A stretch of 64,000 bases of DNA. Source: Torpedo marmorata (lineage: Eukaryota). The stretch lies in contig OZ360242.1 of assembly GCA_977017645.1 (NCBI GenBank), positions 37,882,001-37,946,000 on the forward strand, read 5' to 3'. A model generated the notes under the pieces. That model saw only the letters and a program-made list of their open reading frames with translations. It was not told where the DNA came from and made no database searches. Below, piece by piece: positions 1 to 10,960 of this stretch (the first letter of the stretch is position 1; every line of letters starts with the position of its first letter). Made by a program: the position numbers and the translations under genes.

Positions 1-328
1 CCAGCTGTCAAGTGCTTCTGAATTTTTCATGTTCAGAAATATCCACAAAATACATTTTTTTTAAAAGCCAATAAATTTATTGAATTCTTCAAACCATTGT
101 TTAAAAAATAATCAAAAGAAATACTTAACCACAGTTAGTTGAAGCAGTATACATCAACGAAAACTTTCCATTTGGCATTTCTCTCTATTGACGTCGAAGT
201 GTTTCCTATTCCTCCAGCTGCAACTCAAAGTTGGTGCTGGTACAACGAGCAAATTCCCCAGAGTAACTGTGGGGCATTGAAAGAGGATGCTGGTCTACTA
301 CATGTGTCCAAGGTCAGAATGTGCGGGA

Positions 329-1044
329 GTAAAATAGGAAAGACTGCAGACACTGTGGTTGAAGTAAAAACACAATGCTGGAGAAGCTCAACAGGTCAAA
401 CAGTGTTCTTTGTATAGCAAAGATAAAGATACAAAGCCAATATTTCAGGCTTGAGCCCTTCATCAAGGTATGTGCAAAATAGGCAGGCGTCCAAACAAAA
501 TGGTGGGGGGCAGGGGGAGGAGCGCAGTCCCACAGGCAGGAGGTAATAGGTGGATAAGGGAGGGAGGGCACAACAGCAAATGAGGGGAGGGGGGTTGGCT
601 CTGTGAATGGAGAGGGAAGGGGGTGAAGAGCTGGAGGAAATGATAGGGAGAGAGGGAGAACGGGGAGTGGGCTAGCAGAAACCGGAGAAGTTGATGTTAA
701 TGCCATCCGGTTGGAGTGTGCCCAGACAGAATATTAGGTGTTGCTCCTCCAATTTATGGGTGGCCTTGGTTTGACAGTACATGAGCCCATGAACAGACAT
801 GTCAGCGGGGTGCAGAATTGAAATGGTTGGGTACTGGGAGATCCCTGTCATTGATGCGGACAGAGCGAAGGTGCTCCGCGAAGTGATCTCCCAGTCTGCA
901 TCCAGTCTCTCTGATGTAGAGAAGGCCACAACAGGAGCACCGCATGCAGAAGCGGACTCCCACAGATTCACAAGTGAACCGTTGCTTCACTTGGAAGGAC
1001 CATTTGGGGCTCTGAATAGTGGCGAGGGAGGAGGTGTGGCCGCA
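329..1044 (-). mobile_element. 5'-truncated Penelope-like retroelement (GIY-YIG endonuclease remnant, pyrimidine-rich 3' region, terminal repeat)
   Basis: Minus-strand translation FQVKQRFTCES...RCSCCGLLYIRETGCRLGDHFAEH and SVHGLMYCQTKATHKLEEQHLIFCLGTLQPDGINI match the PLE GIY-YIG domain. Terminal ~150 bp matches the repeat at 8625-8822. Confidence 0.9.
434..473 (-). ncRNA. Decayed hammerhead ribozyme motif in PLE terminal repeat
   Basis: Minus strand ACC-TTGATGA-A-GGGC-TCAA-GCCT-GAAA-TATT-GGC; consensus GAAACGTC has become GAAATATT. Confidence 0.6.
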
Positions 1045-3189
1045 AGTGTGGGAATGGTCAAATCCGCAGCTTAGTGTGACGGGAGAGTCTGGGACTTCTG
1101 CTTTTGTGCAGGAGCCCTGAACTTCCTGACACATACAAAAGGTAAATACCGGCAGGCAGGAGAAATGTGGTCAACATTTCCCAGAAAGTATCAGTCCATT
1201 GTAATTACACGCAGGAATAATTAACATACAATATCTGCTCACACATGAGTAGAATCGAAGACCTTTCATTTATTTGGAGAGCATGTAAAGCACTTGTGCC
1301 AGGTATTATTGATTTTTTTTCACATCAATGAGCCTTACAATATAGATTCAAGCTCAAGACATTTACTTACCTTGTTGTGGACTACTTTTGAAATAGAGTT
1401 CTACATTTTGTTTCGACCATAAAGAAATTAATCTCATGTCACTGGTGTTTGATATTCCATTGCTGCTCGTTATCTCTTTCATTTAAATTATTACTTGACG
1501 TAAGACGATATAAAGAAAGGAAATGTATCAATGGAAGGATATTATTTGTAATGAGAGCAAGGTATATATCCAGGCATTTGCAAGTAAAAGCTGCTTTAGG
1601 TGCAAAATGAAACATTAACAAAGTTCAATGTGTTCCAGCGCTTTTACTATCCATTCCAACTTTTGGTGAAGGTCATGTGCTTGGGCCCAACCAGTCCAGC
1701 ACCACTATAACCTGGAAAAGGGTGCACCATACTGCAACTTCTGAGCTGCGCTGATTGAAACTGAAATTGCTTTTGAAACTTCTCATAAGTTCCTTTTATA
1801 GATTAAGTGCTGGGATACAAAAAAATAACTGTGCACAGCTGAATCTGGTGAATGTAATCAGGTTTAATGGACTTGGGAGCTTGTTGGGAATTAAATAACT
1901 ATTGATTTGTTGGAATGTTACTGTCATTACTAAATGCCAGTATGCGGACACGATCCAACAGAGTGAATTGATGGAGCGGCTTTTAAATTTCAGGAGCCTT
2001 GGCTTAATCCGACGGCAATTCTATTTTGCCTGGCTACAATGAATTTGAATATATTTTTGGATAAGCTGATAAAAATAACTAGAAAATGCATCCCACATGG
2101 AAAACAGCATCAGATATAAGCTGATTGATAAATATTTATATCTCAAATTATAAGCATAAGAGTTTAGGTTTTCAAAATTAGAGATGCATGGTAAAAATCA
2201 GTAAGGAGATGTCAAAATGTCTGTAGGTCTTAATTTATCATAAATACATTATTCCATTTATCTGTTCATAGTGTACCTGTAATTTAAACTGCAAAATATA
2301 ACTGGCATATTCTTCTTAACATTCCAATCTTTTTCTAATTAGTCTGCAGTGTAGATTTGAAGCTTGAATTCAGACACAAGCTAATTCTTTGTGCTGTTTT
2401 TTCAAGCGCAAAGCTTGATTTAGAGGATCCTTCAATGGTCAGTACCTGAGCTCTGCTGAGTAATAGATGGAGTCTTACTTCATTGCTAACCCTCCAATTG
2501 GAACCTACAGCTGAGAACTCAACATTGCAAATGTAGATTTGAGGCTAGAAGTTCATTCCTGGGTATTGGTGCTGTGCTACATTGTTCTCTCCCTCCAGAA
2601 TTCATTTTAGTAGATTTATTGAAGTACATTTTTGATTTACTGATGTTTTGAAGCACTGATGGCCTGTGTAAATTGTCATCTGGGGATGAATTCCTCAGCG
2701 TTAATGTTTTAAATTATAACATATTAATATCTCAGAGTGTTCTTCAAGCTCCTATTTTCTATAGTTTAAACATTTATCTATCACAGACAGAAATTATTTT
2801 TATTATTAAAATTAGAGGTTTGTGGTTTATCTTCCTCTTTTACAGTGAAATATAGATCCCATCGTAAAAAATAAGTCTTAAATTGACACCAGCCCAAGTA
2901 TGTTGCAAAACAAGCAGCTTATTGGTGCACAAGAAAAACAAGGGCAATATGTACATATAAGTATCAATTCATCATCATAGCTTTGTATTATTCCAGTATT
3001 GTCAGTTACAAGTTAGTAATTGTGGTATTGATGAGAATGCATAGGAGTGAGTTGTGATAACTTAATATAATTTAACTAACATAGCATCAATCAACCTTGC
3101 CAGTGACCAGAATTATTATTGAATATTGTTCTCACAATACCCCATGGCTATCCTGGGGGGGGTGGGGTGGGGGGGTTTAAAAGACCACA

Positions 3190-3460
3190 AGAATGTGGTT
3201 ACAGTGGTATAGTGGTTATGTCGCTGTACTTGTATCCAAAAAACAACAGATACCTGAACTCAACACTTTTTTATGGATGCTAAGAAATTAACTGCATCTA
3301 AGCAGGAAAAGTAAGTTTGCATGTGCCATGGTGACTATGAGACTCCACAAATCTCATAAAATCTCCCTGGTCCAAAGTCTCTGTTAGAGACTCTTTGCCT
3401 AACAATGGAATTGAATCTTAGCTGCCACCCTGAAGTGTCTAGTCAGTCAATCTGTTCAGA
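3190..3460 (+). mobile_element. Old tRNA-derived SINE remnant
   Basis: A-box-like GTGGTATAGTGG head; body (ATGGTGACTATGAGA...CTGGT...) resembles the copy at 61060-61280. Confidence 0.4.
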
Positions 3461-3480
3461 GGACAATGTTAAATAATCAA

Positions 3481-3645
3481 AAACACAATAAATCTGGATG
3501 GTGGAAATCAGAAGTCAAAACAGAACATGCTGGAAATATTTGGTATGTCATATTGCTCAGTGAGCTAAAAAAAAAAGGTATTTTTTTCTGTCTCCTCAGA
3601 TGCTGTCTGACCTGTTGAATAATTCTAGCACTTTGATTTTTATTT
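3481..3645. mobile_element. Degraded inverted pair of PLE-type terminal repeat remnants
   Basis: AAAACAGAACATGCTGGAAATATT on the left is roughly complementary to GATGCTGTCTGACCTGTTGAATAATTCTAGCACTTTGATTTT, which resembles the PLE repeat 3' end GACCTGCTGAGTTCTCCAGCATTT. Confidence 0.45.
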
Positions 3646-3702
3646 GTTAAGTAAGCTGGTCATTTTCTGGATATTCTCCACTAACTTGCTGGTTTCTCCT
3701 CT

Positions 3703-4125
3703 TTTTTTACAAAATTTTATTTAAACACAACAAAACTACATGAGAAGCGATAAATCAATACCACCCCTTTGTTGCAAGTTGGTGCACAGATGCAATAAAC
3801 TGCACACTATTTACATTTTCAAATTAAAATCCTGTTGTTACTATTTACCACGCACTCGATCCACTGTTCCCAGAACTCGGCCACCGTCCCCTTGGATACT
3901 GCGTGCTCCCATTCTAATGACACACGGGCCCAGACATATCCCCAAGAGAAGGGCAGGCAGTCGGCTCATCCAGAACCCTCGACTGCCCGCCGCCTCGACC
4001 GTGAATGGCCAGCTTGGCCTGCTTTCCCCTCTTGCATCTGCCCTCTTCACCCACCCTGCCACAACACTAAACAATTGTCCTTCATTCATCAAAGAACTTA
4101 CAAATCTCTCAAAAACACATTAATT
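3703..4125 (-). mobile_element. Tx1/L1-clade LINE 3' end fragment
   Basis: Poly-A with AATAAA on the minus strand at ~3703-3722. Frameshifted minus translation AKLAIH.SRRRAVEG...DCLPF.WGYVWARVSLEWEHAVSKGTVAEFWEQW resembles Tx1 ORF2 C-termini. Confidence 0.7.
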
Positions 4126-4210
4126 GGGAATGAGTTATTTGGAAATGAATGAAAGGAATTTGACATGCAGCAACAGGAAAGATAGATCGATTTGTCGGAT
4201 TTGGTGCTGC

Positions 4211-4490
4211 CATGGTAAATTTTGAATAAGTAAACAGGAGATCTTCATTGACTGGTTGATGAGCCCATCAATAACTTCAAAAGACTAGAAGTTGTATTTG
4301 AACTGAAAGGCTTTTATTAGTAAAAGAATGGAGTTACATCCATGCTGGTAATCTGTCCCGGACTAGGGGAGGAGTGGTGGCACAATTGCCTTTATTCAGG
4401 GGGTCTGTGGGTGGAGCTACCGGGACAGTCAGCAGAGGGTATGTCCAGACATATCACCCAGCCACAACCTATACATAGTGGTTTACCACA
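4211..4490 (-). mobile_element. Probable solo LTR (Gypsy-type)
   Basis: Ends (CA)TGGTAAAT...TTTACCACA form a short inverted terminus; near-identical 4-bp flanks CTGC/CTGG; AATAAA on the minus strand. Confidence 0.5.
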
Positions 4491-4803
4491 CTGGTGTTTC
4501 AAGATATTAGTGTCATAGAGTTGTACAGCACAGAAACACGTCCTTTGGCCCAACATGTCCATACTGACTATCATACTTACCATACATGTCGGCGTATAAG
4601 GCGACTAGTTGTATAGGACGACCCCCAGAATTTCCACTTAATATGTAGGTTTTGAGCTATACTCGCTGTATATGACAACCCCAAGTTTTTGCGCCCTTTG
4701 TATCTACAGTTTGATTACCAACCATGTCAAAGTTCATAGGTGTTTCATCCATGTTTCTGATGTTGCTTGATAGATAATCGTGTTTCTTATGTTGTTGTAT
4801 TAC

Positions 4804-5085
4804 CTAGCGATGGAAATTAGTCATTTTAACTTCAAGATCTGCTGGTAATTTCTGCACTATTTTAGTTTTCTGCCTCAGTACTAGATCATTTCTTTTCATA
4901 AAATGACTACACCACGAAGCAGTGGCTTTGAAGTCTTTGCTGTGCTCTTGGTTGTCTTTAGCCCACAAGTGCAAAAATGCGAATTTTATTTCTTGATACA
5001 ACGTATCCATTTTGACGATGCTCATGGACCATTTTGATGCTTCTCTAGAATCGGCTAGTGTGCAGTGCCTTCTCTCATTGCACAT
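4804..5085 (-). pseudogene. pogo transposase CENP-B-type HTH fragment
   Basis: FKATASWCSHFMKRNDLVLRQKTKIVQKLPADLE fits the pogo/CENP-B HTH pattern FKAS.GW..RF..R..L.LR..T...QKLP. Confidence 0.8.
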
Positions 5086-5403
5086 TTATTCCTGGGTATA
5101 TTCCTGAATAAGTCTTTTATTATTTATTTCAGATTTATTGCCAGAGTACATACATGACAGCTCATACAACCCTGAGATTCTTTTTCCTGTGGGCAAGGCA
5201 GAATTGCCACTTATTGGTAGTGAAAAAAAACTGTGCACAACGTACACATGTAAATATTTAAAGAACTGTAAACAGAAAAAGAATGTAAACAAACTGACTG
5301 TGCAATACAGAGAGAATTTAAAAAATCAATAAAGTGCACAAGTAAGAGTCTTTAAATTAATCCCACATTGAGTGTTGTTACAAACTAACAAACCTTGTTG
5401 GTA

Positions 5404-6062
5404 CAGGTGCCTAACCTTTTATCCGGAATTCCGAAAACCGGAAACCTCCGATAACCAAACTTTTTTTCATGGATGTCATGTGCTCACCAAACATGACCCG
5501 ACACAACGTACACTTAACTCACGCTTGAAAATCTCGTGTCGGTCCGCGTCGGTAGTTAGTAGAACGTCGGGGACGTGAGACGTCGTACAGGTACGGACGC
5601 CGCTGAAACTCCCCCTTTCCAACGCCTCCGTTTTGGAACGCATGCGCAGATTGCCGTCACTGGGGAGGGAGAGAGATTGAAGAGGGAGAGAGAGCGATGG
5701 AAATCTGCGCATGCCTTCCAAATCACAAGGCAGGAGCAGTGCCAGTGTCGGCCTCCCGGCAGGTCAAGATCATTGCCGGCGTCGGCCTCCCGGCAGGTCA
5801 GGGCATGTTCCGGCATCGGCCTCCCAGCGGGTCAGGGGCTATACCGGCGTCGGCCTCCTGGCAGGTCAGTAATAAGGCCATTGTCGGCCTCCCGGCAGGT
5901 CAAAATCAGGGTAGGCATTACAAATCACAACGGGGCCAGTGACGTCGGCCTCTGGGGCCGGCAGCAGCGGAAACGTCGGCCTCTATAATTGTATAATCTG
6001 AAAAAATCCGAATTCCGAAAAGTGTCCGGTCCCAAGGTTTTCGGATAAAAGGTTAGGCACTG
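5404..6062. mobile_element. Tigger-type MITE (Tigger4/Zombi-like termini)
   Basis: TA|CAGGTGCCTAACCTTTTATCCG...CGGATAAAAGGTTAGGCACTG|TA terminal inverted repeats with TA duplication. Confidence 0.9.
5745..5985. repeat. GC-rich ~30-bp minisatellite inside MITE
   Basis: Repeated core GTCGGCCTCCCGGCAGGTCA, about 5 full and 2 partial units. Confidence 0.85.
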
Positions 6063-7970
6063 TACTAACAAAGGAACAGCAATGGAGAATTCACCAGACA
6101 CTGGTAAATTAAAAATAATAGTTTTCATTAAACTATTAATAACGTAACATTTCTTACTTATCTCTAAACTTAACTCTAACTTAAACCCCACTATGCGCAA
6201 ATGTAAATGTGTGTGTGTTAAAGTCCAAACTATTTCAGTTTAAACTTGAGTCTGAAAAGTCCATTTTAAACTCCAGTTTCCAACTTCTTGTTGAACTTCA
6301 GAATCTTTTTAAATTGTGGTTCAGAAGTAATTATAAAGCAAGAGTGAAGCACCCGATTTCTTTCAAACTCACACATCTTTTGATGAGTTGTCTTTCAGAG
6401 GGATATTCTTCTTCATGCGAGTGATTTCACAAACTCCCTCTTATCTTGCCTAAGAATTCCGGAGTCTGTTTTCCACGATGATTTATTTCTTAATCGAAAG
6501 TAATACACGAGGCTGCCCTCTTTTCTTAGAGGCAGTCGGAAGTGGCCTTACTTATTTAAATGCCACTTATGTTATGTATCTCCTATGATAAGGATGATAC
6601 CAGACAGAACAGCATCTCCCTCTCTTTCCAGAGATTACTGCTCCAATCCTGTCTTTCCAGGGTGTCAAATTTTCTTAAACTGACTCCTTTGTCTCTAAGT
6701 TCGATAATATATTTCTTGCATATCTCTTATGTCACATGTTATGTGACATCATTTCTGTCTTTGAAGTTCATAATGTCTTCTTCACATTTATGTGCTAAAA
6801 GTGTCTCAGTCCACTTAGACTCCGTGATGTCTATCCACATGGACACAGAATGGATCTACGTTTACACAGGTGCTTCTGAGCCAACACCTATTGTTTTCAG
6901 TATCTCAAGAAGCATCATAAAGCCTTTCATCTCTTGGCTTCAACTGCAATCAGCAGACATTCTGTCTCTGAAAATGGCCACTTGCCATCTCAAAGAACCA
7001 CGTGTGTTTAAAATGCAAGTGTGTTGTCTTTGTGCCCCTGAAACCACCCAAAACTAACTTACTAAGCCATCTCTTGATGAAATATAGTTTTAACATTAAA
7101 CTAAAGATTAATCATAGCACATTCGTCACAGTTTGTTGTTGAGGTGTCTGATGGTGGAGGGGTAGCAGCTGTTCCTGAACCTGGTGGTGCAAGTCTTGTG
7201 GCACCTATACCTCATTTCTGATGGTACCAGCAAGAACAGAGCGTGTGCTGGGTGCTCTCCGACAGCAGCGTTCCCTGTAGATGTTCTCAATGGTGAGGAG
7301 GCTTTTGCCTGTGATGTCCTGATCTGTGTCCACTACCTTTGGAGGGATTTACACTCAGGGGTATTGGTATCCCCATACCAGACCATGATGCAGCTGGTCA
7401 GCACACTTTCCACCACACATCGGTAGAAATTTGCCAGGGTTTCTGGTGTCATACCAAATCTCTGCAAACTCCTGAGGAAGTACAGGCACTGACGTGCTTT
7501 CTTCATGATCGCATTAGTGTGTTGGGTCCAGGAAAGATCCTCTGAGATAGTGACTCCCTGCCAACTTCTGATCCCCCAATGATCACTGGATCATATACCT
7601 CTGGCTTTCCCTTCCTGGAGTCAACAATCAGTTCCTTCTATCTCCAAGAAACCCTGTCTTTAAAAGTCTAAAAGTATCGGTAACTGGTCAGTGGGATATT
7701 TATTGCGATGGGCCTGACGAGGCAGTGTAAACAGAATGCACCCTGGGACCCTGGCTGCTTGTTTACTATTCATCAGCTGTTGTAAATGGCAACTGTTAGC
7801 TTCATTTGCTGTGCTGTTACTTTAAGGTATGTTAGACAGGTTTATAATACATTATTATTGTTTTAATATAACATTACTATTAACCCAGCTTCCAAAACTT
7901 AAGTAAAAACACAAATGCTGGAGAACTCAGCAGGTCAAACAGCGTCTTTTATGTAGCAAAGGTAGAAATA

Positions 7971-8011
7971 CATAACCGACGTTTCGGGCTTGAGCCCTTC
8001 ATCAAAGTATG
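7971..8011 (-). ncRNA. Minimal type-I hammerhead ribozyme motif (U3 variant)
   Basis: Minus strand CATACT-TTGATGA-A-GGGC-TCAA-GCCC-GAAA-CG-TC-GGTTATG: core boxes, 4-bp stem II, GUC cleavage triplet, stem I CATACT/GGT(T)ATG. Confidence 0.8.
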
Positions 8012-8196
8012 AGAAAATGCCAGCAGGCATCCGAACAAAGGAGTGAGGGGGGAAGGGGGGTGGGAAAGGCAGGAGATAATAGGTGGAGAAAGGAGGGAGG
8101 GGACAGCAGCAAAGAGGGGGAGGAGGGATGGCTGGGTGGGTGGAAAAAAACAGGAAGGACAGGTGAGGGGGGAGGGGAAGGGAACAACAAGCAGGT

Positions 8197-8615
8197 TTAG
8201 TGGAAAGCAGAAAAGTCAATGTTAATGCAATCTGGCTGGAGAGTGCCGAGACGGAATATGAGATGTTGTTCCTCCAATTTGCGAGTAGTCTGGGTGGGAT
8301 AGTACATGAGGCCATGGACAGACATGTGAGTGTGGGAGTGTGACCCAGAATTGAAATGGTTGGCTACTGGGAGGTCGCTGTTGTTGCGGACGGAGAGGAG
8401 GTGCTCAGCAAAGCGGTCTCCCAATCTACGACCGGTCTCTCCAATGTATAGAAAGCCACAAAGGGAGCACCGGATGCAGTAAATAAGTCCTCTGGATGTA
8501 CAAGTGAAGTGTAGTTTCACTTGGAAGGCCTGTTTGGGGCCCTGGACCGTGGTGAGGGGGGAGGTGTGGGTGCAGGTGTTGCACCTCCTGCGGGCACAGG
8601 GGAAGGTTCCGGGGG
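8197..8615 (-). pseudogene. PLE Cys-rich linker plus GIY-YIG endonuclease (open frame, lacks RT and start)
   Basis: PGTFPCARRRCNTC...FQVKLHFTCTSRGLIYCIRCSLCGFLYIGETGRRLGDRFAEH...KLEEQHLIFRLGTLQPDCIN. The Cys linker suggests the Neptune group. Confidence 0.88.
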
Positions 8616-8678
8616 TGTGATGGGTCCCACCCCCCTTCCCCCCTCACTCCTTTGTTCGGACGCCTGCCGGCATTTTCT

Positions 8679-8719
8679 CATACTTTGATGAAGGGCTCAA
8701 GCCCGAAACGTCGGTTATG
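8679..8719 (+). ncRNA. Minimal type-I hammerhead ribozyme motif (U3 variant)
   Basis: Identical 41-mer on the plus strand; predicted cleavage after GUC at 8710-8712. Confidence 0.8.
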
Positions 8720-9959
8720 TATTTCTACTTTTGCTACATAAAATACACTGTTTGACCTGCTGAGTTCTCCAGCATTTGTGTTTTTTACTTCATCCACGGT
8801 GTCTACAGATTTTCGTGTTTTACTTCCAAAACTTAAGTTTCAGTTGAAAAATATTTAGTGCTAGGGCCATAGGATTTTATGCAAGTGTTTAATGCTGTTC
8901 TCTATCACCATGGGGGACACTCTAAACCACAGGATATTAAGGTTCAGATTTTATACTTGGCATATAAGACGACCCTGGTTATGGGGTGACATTTTTAGGG
9001 TTCAAATTCTGTCTTATACGCTGACATATACGGTATCTATATTAGTCTCTATGGTCCATGGTTCATATGCCTTGACAATAAAATGCCTGTCAAAATGCTT
9101 CTTAAACATACAGTATTATCAGCAATTGTGTGTACAGAGCCATAATATTTCAGTTTTTTAATTATGGCCATATTCCTTTTTTTAAACTGATGTGTTAATT
9201 GATGATGATGAATGTTCACCTAATTTGTAGTATTAAACAAAAAAATAATTTGGATCAAGAATCTGAATGTCTCTGCGTAGGTTTCCCTTCTATACCCCTC
9301 ATAATTTTCTATACCTCTATCAATTTTCCCCTCATTCTCTGAAGCTCCAGCAAATAAAGTACTAACCTATTCAACTTTTCCCTATAACTCAGTTCCTTGA
9401 GTCCTGGCAACATTCTTATAAATTTTCTCTGCACTCTTTCAAACTTATTGAGATATTTCCTGTAGGTATGTGACCAAAACGGCACACAATACCCCAAATT
9501 TGGCCTCAGCATAACATCCCAACTCCTGTACTCAGTACTTTGATTCACAAAGGCCAACGTGCCAAAAGCTCTCTTTTACGACCCTATCTACCTGTGACAC
9601 CACTTTCAAGGAATTGTGCATCCCATATCCCTTTGTTTGATCGCTCCTTACAGTGCCCCATTGTTTACAGTGTATGTCTTACCCTGTTTTGCCCTCCCAA
9701 AGTACAACACATCACGCTTGTTTGCATTAAATGCCATTGGCATTTTGCCAGCTGATTCTGATACCACTGAAAGCCTTCCTCGCTGTCCACTACATCCCTT
9801 ATCTTCATGTCATTAAAGGTTGGTTAACATAATTGAGATTTGTAGATTAAGAATATCAGTGCAAACTTGGATTAGAAAAAAATATGTTAAGCGCGTCATG
9901 GTAGACACTAGGCTTTCTGACTGGAGTACAAGAGTCAATGGCATTCCTCAGTGTTAAGA

Positions 9960-10205
9960 CCACTGCTTGTTTTTTTTATATATCTCAGTAACCAGATTCA
10001 TGGATACCTTCTTTCCTGTCATTATCAGCCTCCTCAATAAACCTCGTGCTCGTAAAATTATGTTGCCTTTACTCTGTACCAACTGACCTCTCTCTGCATC
10101 TCTGCGCTCTGTGCAGTGTTTTATTTGGTGTACCATGTATGGGTTGACTAGCTGGATTGCTTGCAAAACCAACTTTCTGACTGCTCCTCAGTACATGTGG
10201 CAATA
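9960..10205 (+). mobile_element. Rex1-type LINE 3' UTR remnant
   Basis: ACCAGATTCATGGATACCTTCTTTCCTGTCATTATCAG (RFxxSFFP-like) followed by UTR ending CAATAAA. Confidence 0.55.
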
Positions 10206-10214
10206 AACTGGAAC

Positions 10215-10960
10215 GAGAAACCTGGATATTGGAATACAGAGTAAAATTCCAAAATTTTCCAATGATGCCAAAATTAGCAGGTGCTTTAAACAATGAGAAC
10301 TGCAGCAGGATGTAGCTGGTCTCACAAAATGAGCAGACAAGTGGTGGTTGGAATTTTACAAATGGGAATGTAGAAATGCAATATAGAGTTAATACCACAG
10401 TTCTAAAGAGTATGCAGAAGCAGAGATCTGAAGGTTCATGTTCATCTTTGAAAATGGCAGAATACATTAAAAGACAAGATGGCTTCATGAATGGAAATGC
10501 TGACTACAAAAGCAACATAGCTTTGCTAAATCCTTGAGCTATCCTTTGGCCATTGTTTGTGTTGGATCCACTTACAGAGATGAATGATTTTAGCTACAAG
10601 TTTAATTTGGTAAAGCTGAGGATGGTTCTGAGGAGGTTGTGCAGAAGTTTAATGTTCAAACTTATGCCAGGTTTGGATAAGATAGAAAAGGAAAGATTCT
10701 GGTGGGCTGAAATTTAATATTTGAGTGGAGATACTGGGAAATCCACGGAAGAAAGATTCTACACAGTGAGTTGTAATGACGTGGAACTGATGAGGGTGGT
10801 GGAGTGGATAGTGATTTCAAAAGGAAATAAAACAGGCAGTTGTGTGAACTGTGCTTGCAGTATCAGAGGGATAAAACAGAAATGGTTCTGATGTGGTTGT
10901 TCTGCAGGGAGCAACCATTAATTTGATGGGCTGAACGGACTCCTTTAGTGCCATTATGAC
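10215..10960 (+). mobile_element. Old CR1 LINE fragment
   Basis: Degenerate SKFADDTK and WQMEFN-like coding remnants; ends GATGGGCTGAACGGACTCCTT, the CR1 3' motif. Confidence 0.65.

Larger units (their letters stand above)
5376..7130. mobile_element. Probable solo LTR (~1.1 kb after removing the nested MITE)
   Basis: Insert begins TGTTACAAA and ends TTCGTCACA (TG...CA); flanks GTGT/GTTT fit a 4-bp TSD of the Rex1 consensus GTTT. Confidence 0.65.
5126..7637 (-). mobile_element. Rex1/Babar-type LINE 3' fragment interrupted at 5376-7130
   Basis: 3' UTR nearly identical to copies at 23912 and 41681. RT C-terminal sequence resumes at 7131 exactly where the UTR was broken (ATTGA/GTTTGTTGTTGAGG). 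Confidence 0.85.
7901..8822 (-). mobile_element. Young 5'-truncated Penelope-like element with inverted terminal repeat pair and TSD
   Basis: Arms 7901-8065 and 8625-8790 are reverse complements; direct repeat CTTCCAAAACTTAAGT at 7889-7904 and 8823-8838; GIY-YIG ORF between the arms. Confidence 0.93.
4580..9033 (-). mobile_element. pogo/Tigger-family DNA transposon remnant carrying nested insertions
   Basis: Inverted termini CCATACATGTCGGCGTATAAGGC (4580) and GTCTTATACGCTGACATATACGG (9011-9033), each flanked by TA; subterminal TATAAGACGAC repeats; transposase fragment inside. Confidence 0.8.
4512..9815 (-). mobile_element. CR1 LINE 3' fragment(s) split by the pogo element (4512-4577 and 9036-9815)
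   Basis: CR1 3' UTR (CATAGAGTTGTACAGCACAGAAAC...GGCCCAAC) before 4578 and CR1-like sequence after 9035. ORF 9309-9557 (EYRSWDVMLRP.LGYCV.FWS...ERVQRKFIRMLPGL) is CR1 RT C-terminus. Confidence 0.75.

Noticed and set aside
139-417. ORF or exon-like segment (AG at 217, GT at 313)
   Set aside because: Peptide not recognised and the ORF runs into a PLE repeat.
5556-5988. Overlapping Arg/Pro/Gly-rich ORFs and a spaced-repeat appearance
   Set aside because: Products of a GC-rich minisatellite in a MITE. Not CRISPR: eukaryotic DNA, short related spacers, no cas genes.
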